A DNA stretch of 64,000 bases from NCBI GenBank assembly GCA_963706325.1, contig CAVPLT010000004.1, positions 704,001 to 768,000 of the forward strand, given 5' to 3'. Below the pieces are notes generated by a model. That model saw only the letters and a program-made list of their open reading frames with translations, ran no database searches and was not told the DNA's origin. Below are positions 22,163-30,583 of the stretch, in pieces; within the stretch, counting starts at the first letter, position 1; each line of letters opens with the position of its first letter. The position numbers and the translations under genes are program-made. This DNA is from an uncultured Nitrospiraceae bacterium. GTDB taxonomy: Bacteria; Nitrospirota; Nitrospiria; Nitrospirales; Nitrospiraceae.

Positions 22163-22363
22163 ACGTATCCAGATTCCTCTGTGGGCAGTCGTGAACCGGT
22201 GCGCAGGACCTTCCACTGAAAATAAGAGTCTTTCACGTAGGTGTCAAGCGACGGGTCGTCAGTCCTGTAGGCTGAAATGTATTGCGCCATGGTGCGCCTA
22301 GCGAATGTTCCTTCGCGAACGACGCGGAACTCACCATGCCTCATGAACCACAACGAAAAGTGT

Positions 22364-23548
22364 TCAGCGGTCGCGAAGGGGTTGGTCTTGGGCGCGGGGT
22401 TTACGATGGCTGCCTGCCACCATGCGGAACTCGAAGAGGCGGCATTCGATCGCTCCGTTGAACAGCGGGACACGCCGAGAAGGGGCCAAGCGCAAGAGCC
22501 CAGGAAGTTTGAGGTCGGCAGTAAAGATATGTACGGTCCAGCCGGAGTAGCATTTCTTCAATTGGTCGCCGAACTGCGGATAGAAGGCACGGAGCGCCTC
22601 GGTGTCTCCCATGCGATGACCGTAGGGAGGATTGGTGATGAGGATACCTGTTTCGGCCGGCGCCGGAAGTTGCAGCACGTCTCCCTGATAGAGAGTGACA
22701 GCCTCAACGATACCGGCGATGGTGAGATTCGCTCGTATGGAGGCGAGCGCCTGGGCGCTGTGGTCTGCAGCATGGATCAAGCCCGGCTTGGCCGATAGTT
22801 CCGCGGCCTTGAGTTCGTCGCGCAGCGCTTTCAAGGTACCGGCCTCAAACGACAGCAATTTTTCAAACGCAAAGTGCCGACCGAATCCCGGCGCCACCCG
22901 ACGGGCCATTAAGGCGGCTTCGATGACGAATGTTCCGCTGCCGCACATGGGATCAAACAGCACGGTCTCCGGCGTCCATTTCGCAAGACGCAGCATGCCG
23001 GCTGCGAGGTTTTCCCGAATCGGCGCTTCACCTGCCGACTTCCGCCAGCCTCGTTTGAAGAGCGGATCGCCGGATGTGTCCAAGTACAGGGTGCAGGTCG
23101 TCTGATCTAAAAATACGGCGATGAGAATGTCCGGCGCATGGGTGTCGACGACCGGGCGCTTGCCCCTGGCATATTGAAACCGATCGCACACAGCATCCTT
23201 CACCCGCAGGGTCACGAAGTCTAAACTCTTCAAGGCGCAGTGGTGGGCGCTCACCTTGACCTTGATGCTATGTTGCGGGGTAAACCAATCCTGCCAGCGG
23301 ACCGCCTTGGCCGCGTCATACACGTCATGCTCATCGCGATAGGGCGCTGCGGCAATGCGCAGCAGAATGCGGCTGGCCATGCGGCTCTGCAAATTCACGC
23401 GGTAGCAGAACGCGAGTGTGCCACAAAAGGCGACACCCCCGGCCGTTGCCGCGATATCGGATGCGCCTAAATCTTTCAGCTCATCGGCAAGAACGGCCTC
23501 GAGCCCGCGCGGGCAAGGTGCAAAGAAGGCGTGGTTTATGCTATCCAT
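22364..23548 (-). CDS. THUMP-domain class I SAM-dependent RNA methyltransferase (RlmL-like)
   Basis: CPRGLE, LFKRGWR, APIRENLAA, DPMCGSGT, NPPYG; start 23548 or 23578. Confidence 0.88.
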   Translation of the reverse strand: MDSINHAFFAPCPRGLEAVLADELKDLGASDIAATAGGVAFCGTLAFCYRVNLQSRMASRILLRIAAAPYRDEHDVYDAAKAVRWQDWFTPQHSIKVKVSAHHCALKSLDFVTLRVKDAVCDRFQYARGKRPVVDTHAPDILIAVFLDQTTCTLYLDTSGDPLFKRGWRKSAGEAPIRENLAAGMLRLAKWTPETVLFDPMCGSGTFVIEAALMARRVAPGFGRHFAFEKLLSFEAGTLKALRDELKAAELSAKPGLIHAADHSAQALASIRANLTIAGIVEAVTLYQGDVLQLPAPAETGILITNPPYGHRMGDTEALRAFYPQFGDQLKKCYSGWTVHIFTADLKLPGLLRLAPSRRVPLFNGAIECRLFEFRMVAGSHRKPRAQDQPLRDR

Positions 23549-23576
23549 TCTTTTCGCGGCGTGATCAGGAGTTGTC

Positions 23577-24119
23577 ATGAAGTTTTGCTCTGAATGTGGG
23601 GCCGGGTTGTCGTCAAAAATTCCCCCGGGGGATAACTTGCCGCGATTTGTGTGCGACACCTGTCAGGCCATCCATTACATCAATCCAAAAATCGTTGCCG
23701 GGTGCATTCCCGAGTGGAAAGACGAAATCCTGCTCTGCCGAAGGGCTATCGAACCGCGTCTCGGCCATTGGACCTTTCCCGCAGGGTTCATGGAAATCGG
23801 AGAGAGTACCGAGCAGGCCGCGATGCGCGAAACCATGGAAGAAGCCCATGCCGACGTGGAAATCACGTCGCTGTACGCCGTGTTGAGCCTGCCTCGCATC
23901 AGCCAAGTCCATATGGTCTTCCGGGGGACGATGCGCACGCCGGACTTTAAGCCCGGCATCGAGAGCCTCGACGTGCGGTTGTTTGCCTTGAAGGACATAC
24001 CATGGGAGGACCTGGCCTTCCCGGTGATCCACGAGGCTCTCGAACGCTATGTCGCGGATGTAGCCCGCGGCACCTTCACCATGCATTTCGGCAGCGTCTT
24101 TCCCCGAATGAAATCCTAA
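23577..24119 (+). CDS. NUDIX hydrolase with N-terminal zinc ribbon
   Basis: CSEC...CDTC; PAGFMEIGESTEQAAMRETMEE Nudix box. Confidence 0.9.
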   Translation: MKFCSECGAGLSSKIPPGDNLPRFVCDTCQAIHYINPKIVAGCIPEWKDEILLCRRAIEPRLGHWTFPAGFMEIGESTEQAAMRETMEEAHADVEITSLYAVLSLPRISQVHMVFRGTMRTPDFKPGIESLDVRLFALKDIPWEDLAFPVIHEALERYVADVARGTFTMHFGSVFPRMKS

Positions 24120-24167
24120 CTCGCATTCGATGCATATCTCGCTGTCGACACATCGGGAGCTATCCGA

Positions 24168-24291
24168 CAGGATGCTCAAAAAGGTCGTCCGGCGCGGCCG
24201 CAGCAATGCGAGGGGGCGAGGCGTACCCTCGCGGTACGTTGAGCATCCGAGCGATGCGAGAACAAAGCCGGCGGCCTTTTTCAGCATCCTG
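24168..24291. repeat. Palindromic intergenic repeat, short form, copy 2
   Basis: CAGGATGCTcAAAAAGG...CCTTTTTcAGCATCCTG; shares GGCCGCAGC, TACGTTGAG and CGATGCGAGAACAAAGC with other copies. Confidence 0.8.
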
Positions 24292-24293
24292 AG

Positions 24294-24602
24294 CTAATTG
24301 TTGCTGGGCATGATGAGCCCCAACTCACCCGGCGGGGGATGCACGAAGCTAAAGCCCTTCGCCTCCTGAAAATCCACCGTCATTCCGGTCGTGCGGTGCA
24401 CGCTGGCGCGATCCAGCGCAATCGTTAATCCCTCGATGTGTTGCACTTGGTCTTCTTCCTGAGCCGCGGGTTCCAATGTGATTGCCAAGGAGAGACGATT
24501 GTCATCCAGGTCGCGCAGCGTAATCCGGACGACCGGATCATCCGGATGTTCCTTGATGAGTTTCCGCAAGCGTTCGATGGCGGTCCAGGTCAGGTTCAGC
24601 AT
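24294..24602 (-). CDS. HesB/IscA-like fold protein lacking cysteines
   Basis: LT..AIERL, EDQV..IEGLTI.LD, G.TVDF...GF.F pattern; no Cys. Confidence 0.6.
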   Translation of the reverse strand: MLNLTWTAIERLRKLIKEHPDDPVVRITLRDLDDNRLSLAITLEPAAQEEDQVQHIEGLTIALDRASVHRTTGMTVDFQEAKGFSFVHPPPGELGLIMPSNN

Positions 24603-24605
24603 GAA

Positions 24606-24881
24606 TTACGTATGCAAAGGTCGGTGAGGCGGCGCCGCGTTCTGGATATGGTGAATGTCCACGAGCTGTTCCGTGCGATCGATCGAATAGAAAATCCGCC
24701 AGTCGCCCACGGCATATTTGTGGATGGCCGGCAAATCGGCAGCGACCGGTTCATGCCGCAGATTCTCTACATTGGAAGCCAACCATTTGGTTTTGTCGAA
24801 CAGCCGTTGCGCCATGGCGGGATCGGCAGCACGCAAGTCGGTAATGACATCAGGCCGGAACGCTAAACGAAACCACGGCAT
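24606..24881 (-). CDS. RelE/ParE family toxin
   Basis: 91 aa; K..VGDWRIFYSID motif. Confidence 0.75.
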   Translation of the reverse strand: MPWFRLAFRPDVITDLRAADPAMAQRLFDKTKWLASNVENLRHEPVAADLPAIHKYAVGDWRIFYSIDRTEQLVDIHHIQNAAPPHRPLHT

Positions 24882-24885
24882 CGCG

Positions 24886-25104
24886 TTACCACCGCAGGCC
24901 GAGTTTATCGGCCACTTCGTCGCCCGTCAGACGTTCGGTAGAGGCCAGGGATTGCTTGAGGCGGTCGCGTATAGACTCGCCCAGTGGCGCACCCAGATCG
25001 GGGTCGCCCAGCAAGACCCGCAGCCGATCGTCGACGATCCCTTCGACCAGTTGCTTCAATTCGGCCAGGCTCAGGTTGGAGATGGTGATGGTCGGCTCGG
25101 TCAT
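24886..25104 (-). CDS. Putative antitoxin (72 aa)
   Basis: AGGAGT RBS; acidic; DPDLG..L and EVADKLGL; directly upstream of the toxin. Confidence 0.7.
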   Translation of the reverse strand: MTEPTITISNLSLAELKQLVEGIVDDRLRVLLGDPDLGAPLGESIRDRLKQSLASTERLTGDEVADKLGLRW

Positions 25105-25373
25105 AATCACTCCTAAATAATATTTGGAGCATACGGGGCTAGTCCTGGGAATTGCAAGCAAGATAGGGGATGAGGGTGGAGCATCACGGTGGACCGATAA
25201 AAACTGGTGATGGTGCTTGTGTGGGAGGGATTGAAGCAGTATTCTTCCGGCGGGCAATAGGAAAAACCAATGCACAGTTCTTCTCTGATCTACGTCAGGT
25301 TAACAGATTTGGACCCTCTACATTCAGAAGTAGAAATTCTACCTTCGTGGGATAGCGTGAGGATGACCACGTT

Positions 25374-27610
25374 ATGATTCGCCGCATTGAGCAAATCAAA
25401 GCGTTCGGGGTTTTCGCGGACCTTCGGTGGCCTGCTACTCTCCCAGATTTCAAACAGTTCAACCTAATCTACGGTTGGAACTATTCAGGCAAGACGACAT
25501 TGTCTCGTGCCTTTCGATGCTTTGAGCAGAAGAGGCCGCATGCAGACTTCGCTGACGCACAGGTGGAGCTTAAGTCTGAGGACGGAACGGCTCACCACCT
25601 GTCCTCTCCGCAAGCCGCCCCATTGTTTCGGGTCTTCAACAGTGACTTTGTTCATGAGAACCTTGCCTTCGATGAAGGAATCGCAAATCCGATTCTGGTT
25701 CTGGGATCCGAAGACATAGCGAGACTTGAGAAGTTGGACGCTAAGAAAGCCGAACGGGAATCTACGGCCGTGCTGATCGAGGCAAATAAGCAAAAAAAGG
25801 ATGAGAAGGAAAAGAAAATTGAGAGAGCATTCACAAAGGATGCACGTGATTTGATTAAGAATCCGCTGAGTGTGCCTAATTATGACAAAACACATTTCGA
25901 ACGTGAGGTTACCGCGTGCAAAGAAACCCCCAATACCTATCTACTGAAGGATAAGGCGTTGCAGAAGTGGCTTTCCGTTTATTGCTCCACCGACAAGAAG
26001 CCTGAACTTTCCACCAAGGTGGTTTCACTCTGCTCTGTTGGGGATCTTGTGAAGAAGTCGACCGCACTTCTTAAGCGGGTCGTAACGACAAATGCCCCAA
26101 TCCCCAGGCTAAAAGAGAACCCGATCCTTGAGAATTGGGTCAATGACGGCCGGCCTCTACACGAAGGAGAAAGCACATGTCAGTTCTGTGGTCAACTACT
26201 GCCACCCGCCCTTCTGAGCCACCTGACTGGGCATTTCTCAGCAGACTACGAAAACTTGATGTCGGAACTAGACATCTTGTTGAATGCAATTCAGGTTGCT
26301 CAAGACCAGCAGTTAGTGCTCGACCATAGATCCGATTTCTATGCCGAACTCTCAGAACGATTCATCGATGCGAAAAACCGATTAGATGAACACTTGAAAG
26401 TTCGGAGCTCCGCGCTTGAGGCCCTCGAGAAAATTCTGATTGCAAAGCGAACCAAGGCATTTACGAGTCTTCTGTGCCCCGTGGTTGAAGATCCTGCGCA
26501 TCAAATTGCCACAGCAATTGAGGAAATCAACGCAATCATCGCTGAACACAATAAACAGACGACGCAATTCGACAAAAGACGTCGAGAGGCATTCAGTAAT
26601 CTCGAAAGGCACTATGCCGCGTCGTTCGTTCTGGATCAGCACTACAGCGATCATCTTCAGGAAATGGTTAGTCTCAACGCCATTATTACTGAACAGAATG
26701 AAAAGCTCTTCGCCCTAGACGGTGAAATCCGCGACCTCGAAAAGGCAGTATGTGAAGCCTCGAAGGGGGCAGAGAGAATCAATGAGCTACTCGGCCTGTA
26801 TTTCGGAAAGAATGACCTGCGCATAGTCGTGTCCGCTGACAATCGCTTTCAAATTACCCGAGCAAATGTGGTAGCGCGGAACTTGAGTGAAGGGGAGAAA
26901 ACCGCCATTGCGTTTGCCTATTTTGTGATCCACGTTCAGGATGAGAAGTATCCTTCGGATGGCCTGATTGTTGTCATCGATGATCCCATATCGAGCCTGG
27001 ATGCGAACCACTTGTTCAACACATACGCACTAATTAAGACTCAGTTAGCGGACTATCGCCAGCTCTTCGTATCGACTCACAGCTTTGAGTTCTACAACCT
27101 AATCCGGGAGTGGGTAGCAGAAGATGAGGGCAAGGATCACGCAAAGAAACCACAGGCTGGATGGAAAAATGGGGAATATTTCTTGTCAGACGGACCGTCG
27201 ATGGAACTTCGGCATTGGAGGAAATTCCCAGAGAACTCCTGCGCTTCAAGTCGGAGTATCACTATCTTTTTTCAATGCTTTGCCGGTTTCACAAAACGAG
27301 GTCGGGAGACTTCGACTGCATTTTCAACCTGCCAAACATCGTGCGGCGCTTCATGGAAGCTTTCGGCGGTATCATGATCCCATTGTCAACCGGACTAAAA
27401 GGAAAGATGACGCGCCTTTTTACTAACGAGGTTGAGCGGGAGCGCGTATGGAAATTCATCAATCATTATTCGCACAATGCTACCATCACGCGCTCACTAA
27501 ATATTCCCGATACTAGTGAATGCGTTGCTGTTGTTGATGCTTGCCTGAATGCGGTCAGGGCTTGGGATGATGAGTATTTCTCGGACCTTGAGAAAGAAGT
27601 CACAGGTTAA
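25374..27610 (+). pseudogene. RloC-like AAA_13 ATPase with C-terminal HEPN-like domain; -1 frameshift at about 27165-27169 (possibly a sequencing error)
   Basis: IYGWNYSGKTT, CQFC hook, LSEGEK, IDDPISSLD, STHS; frame 27161..27610 continues with PNIVRRFMEAF and FINHYSH; lower GC than flanks. Confidence 0.75.
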
Positions 27611-27658
27611 CCAACGCTTAATGCTAGCGGTCGCGCGTAGCTCGAGCACCTTTCCAGC

Positions 27659-28255
27659 TTAAGTGGGCTTACTCTCGCACCGCTCCCCATCCGACGCCTC
27701 GCACGAACAATTCAAACAGCCATGGACGGAACAGGTGCCGCAGGCCCGTTCGATTTGGCGACGAAGCGCCGCCCTGGCTCGATGCACGCGAACTGCGGCG
27801 TTTTCGGCGGTAATGCCTGACTGCTGAGCCAAGTCTTTCAGTTTGCCTTCCTCCAGGTCCACGATCCGCAGAGCCTCGCGGTATTCTGGCTTCAGCGTCT
27901 CCAGCAGGCTGGACACGCATTGGCAGATCTCCTGACGCAATTCCGCCTCTGGTTCCTGAACATCCGGAAATTCTCTCCCCCAGGCTTCCATCGTTCGCGC
28001 GGCGGCGGAACGCTGCCGGTAATGATCGATCACGGCGTTGCGGAGAACCCGATAGAACCAGGCCACGGCCTTTTCGTCCTGCACATCGCCGCCCCGCTCC
28101 AGTCCACGCGTAAAGGCCGTTTGTAAAATATCTTCAGCCACGGCTCTCGATTCCACACGCCGCTCCAGGAATGCCAGGAATTCCTTGTGTCCCTTCACCA
28201 GTAGCGCGATGGCCTCGGGCGAAAGGGTTGTCGATGGGGTCGATTCGAGGCTCAT
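27659..28255 (-). CDS. ECF sigma-70 factor, CorE/ECF44 (SigZ-like) type with Cys-rich C-terminus
   Basis: AEDILQ, WFYRVLRN..IDHYR, inter-domain CQC, RVHRAR, C-terminal CGTCSVHGCLNCSC...C. Confidence 0.88.
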   Translation of the reverse strand: MSLESTPSTTLSPEAIALLVKGHKEFLAFLERRVESRAVAEDILQTAFTRGLERGGDVQDEKAVAWFYRVLRNAVIDHYRQRSAAARTMEAWGREFPDVQEPEAELRQEICQCVSSLLETLKPEYREALRIVDLEEGKLKDLAQQSGITAENAAVRVHRARAALRRQIERACGTCSVHGCLNCSCEASDGERCESKPT

Positions 28256-28285
28256 GGGAGCAGCTTACCAAACTATTTGCGGAAC

Positions 28286-28311
28286 TGTAAGGTTTTTGGG
28301 AGGCCTCCGTC
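28286..28311 (+). promoter_or_regulatory. Candidate ECF-type promoter for the Cys-rich peptide
   Basis: TGTAAG-N16-CGTC about 50 nt upstream of ATG 28361. Confidence 0.35.
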
Positions 28312-28360
28312 AGCCTCTGTGACGACGCAATCACGCGCCGCATATCAAAGGAGACCGGCC

Positions 28361-28522
28361 ATGGCTGACATCAAAAAATCCACCTCGCAGAAGATCGCAA
28401 AGGCAAGCTGCTGCGGAACCTGCGATTGCGCTTCCTGTGCCTGCGGGTGCCAGGCAAACGCCTGCCGCTGCGAGCAAACGAACTGCCAATGTGGATGCCG
28501 CAAACAAACCTCTGGTCGGTAG
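28361..28522 (+). CDS. Metallothionein-like Cys-rich peptide (53 aa, 12 Cys)
   Basis: AAGGAG RBS; CCGTCDCASCACGCQANACRCEQTNCQCGC; no aromatic residues; followed by a hairpin. Confidence 0.75.
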   Translation: MADIKKSTSQKIAKASCCGTCDCASCACGCQANACRCEQTNCQCGCRKQTSGR

Positions 28523-28530
28523 GCTGGTGA

Positions 28531-28562
28531 TGCCCCGCCCGCCGGATTCTGAAGGGCGGGGT
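28531..28562 (+). terminator. GC-rich hairpin after the Cys-rich peptide
   Basis: GCCCCGCCC...GGGCGGGGT; U-tract is weak. Confidence 0.45.
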
Positions 28563-28768
28563 CAATAACCAACCCAAGCGGTCTGTCGTGCCTGAGAAGC
28601 ATTGTGAGGATGTCGCCGCTCACGTATCATGCGTTCTCACATGAGATTCGGCTGTATGAAAGTTGGTGAACAGTGCCGACGAGCAGACGGCCAGGGAGTG
28701 CAGAAACTTGCCGACGGGAGTCCCATGCGGTAGATACTTCCTATCTGTGATGCAGGAGAACTGATCCC

Positions 28769-29230
28769 ATGCAGGGTTTAGAATTAAAAGTCCCTCCACT
28801 GGCTCTCCTTCTGTTCGCAGGTGGATGCATGTGGGTGGTCGCCTGGGCGGCGCCGGCATTTGCGTTTGCCTTTCCCGCCCGTTTTGTTTCCGCAATGGGT
28901 GTGGTGGTCATCGGGATCGCTATAGCAGGCATGGGTGTGTTTTCATTCAACCGGGCTAAGACCACCGTCAATCCTATGAAGCCCGAGTCCTCGTCCGCTC
29001 TGGTCGTGAGCGGCATCTATCAACTGACACGCAATCCCATGTATCTGGGCATCTTGCTGTTGCTGCTCGGCTGGGGCATATTCCTCTCGAACGCGCTGGC
29101 GTTCCTGATTCTTCCTGGATTCGTCCTGTATATGAATCGTTTCCAAATCGAACCAGAGGAAAGGGCGCTCACCCATATATTTGGACAAGAGTTTGTGACC
29201 TATCGTAATCAGGCCCGAAGATGGATATAA
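28769..29230 (+). CDS. Isoprenylcysteine carboxylmethyltransferase (ICMT/PEMT) family membrane protein
   Basis: TTVNP, LVVSGIYQLTRNPMYLG, PEERAL, RRWI; GGAG RBS. Confidence 0.88.
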   Translation: MQGLELKVPPLALLLFAGGCMWVVAWAAPAFAFAFPARFVSAMGVVVIGIAIAGMGVFSFNRAKTTVNPMKPESSSALVVSGIYQLTRNPMYLGILLLLLGWGIFLSNALAFLILPGFVLYMNRFQIEPEERALTHIFGQEFVTYRNQARRWI

Positions 29231-29323
29231 CCCGGCGTATGATGATTTCGTGGTAAGTCGATGGTTAGCCATGGGCAACGTTGTTCGAAGCGCTTCAATG
29301 ACATTATCGAAACCTCGCTCCTA

Positions 29324-30583
29324 ATGCGGTTCATTCACGCGTCAGACCTCCATATCGACAGCCCCTTGCGCGGCCTTGACCGTTACGAGGGCGCGCCGGT
29401 CGAGCGGTTGCGGACTGCGACCCGCAGCGCGTTTGAACGGCTGATTGATACCGCCCTCGCTGAGCGCGTGGACTTTGTGCTCTTTGCCGGCGATATCTAT
29501 GACTGCGATTGGCAGGACTTTCATACCGGCTTGTTTTTTCGCGGACAGCTGGTTCGATTAGAGCGCGCCGGGATCCGCGTATTCATCGTCCAGGGCAATC
29601 ACGATGCCCAAGGTGTCATCTCTAAGCAGTTGGTTCTGCCGCCGAACGTCACGGTATTTTCCAGCCGCACTGCCCAGACAGTCAGGCTCGATGAGCTCTT
29701 GGTGGCGATCCATGGCCGCAGCTTTCCTGAGCGCGAGGTGAACGAGGATCTCGTCCCTGCTTACCCGGCTCCGGTCCCTGGTTTCTTCAACATCGGCATG
29801 CTGCACACGAGTCTGACCGGTCGCGCCGGCCATGATACCTATGCGCCGACGGATCTGCCGACGCTACTCAGAAAAGGCTACGACTATTGGGCGTTGGGCC
29901 ATGTCCATGCGCGCGAGGTACTGAGCGAACAGCCACGCATCGTCTTTCCCGGCAACCTTCAGGGCCGGCATGCCAAAGAAACGGGCGGCAAGGGATGCGA
30001 GTTGGTCACCGTGGAGGGCGGCCGTATCGAAGCCGAGTTCGTCGTCCTCGATGTCGTTCGGTGGAGTCAGGTAGACGTGCTGCTCACTGGCGTGGATCGG
30101 CTGGAGAGCCTGAGCGAGATGTTCCATCACGCGCTGGAGCCGGTGCTGACCGGAGCCACCGACCGATTGCATGCCGTCCGTGTGACCTTGACCGGCTCGA
30201 CTGCCCTACATCGGATGGAAGCCGATCAGCCAGGCACCTTGGCCGCGGCCATGCGTGCGGCGGCGCAGGATATCAGTGAGGCAGAAGTCTGGATCGAACA
30301 GGTGCGGCTTGACCTCTCCACGCCGGTGGACCGTGCTCAGTCTGCGGAACGGCAGGATGCCGTGGGTGAATTGGTTCGTCTAGTCGATTCGATCCTGGGC
30401 GATGAGGCGGAGCTGATGCGCCGAGCGCAGGTTGAACTGGGTGAGCTCCTCAGTTCGATTCCGCAGGAAGTTGCTTCAGGAGATGTGCCGAAACTTGATG
30501 ATGCAACGGAACTGAGGGGCCTGGTGCTGGATGCCGAGGCCACGGTGTTGGCGCGCCTGAGAGCGATAGGGGAAGGCGCATGA
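29324..30583 (+). CDS. Mre11/SbcD-like DNA repair exonuclease (YhaO family)
   Basis: DLH, GDIYD, GNHD, LHTS, DYWALGHVH, PGNLQGR. Confidence 0.9.
   Translation: MRFIHASDLHIDSPLRGLDRYEGAPVERLRTATRSAFERLIDTALAERVDFVLFAGDIYDCDWQDFHTGLFFRGQLVRLERAGIRVFIVQGNHDAQGVISKQLVLPPNVTVFSSRTAQTVRLDELLVAIHGRSFPEREVNEDLVPAYPAPVPGFFNIGMLHTSLTGRAGHDTYAPTDLPTLLRKGYDYWALGHVHAREVLSEQPRIVFPGNLQGRHAKETGGKGCELVTVEGGRIEAEFVVLDVVRWSQVDVLLTGVDRLESLSEMFHHALEPVLTGATDRLHAVRVTLTGSTALHRMEADQPGTLAAAMRAAAQDISEAEVWIEQVRLDLSTPVDRAQSAERQDAVGELVRLVDSILGDEAELMRRAQVELGELLSSIPQEVASGDVPKLDDATELRGLVLDAEATVLARLRAIGEGA

Noticed and set aside
23613..24287. 224-aa ORF starting MLKKAAGFVLAS
   Set aside because: Starts inside repeat copy 2 and runs antisense to the Nudix gene; repeat-derived
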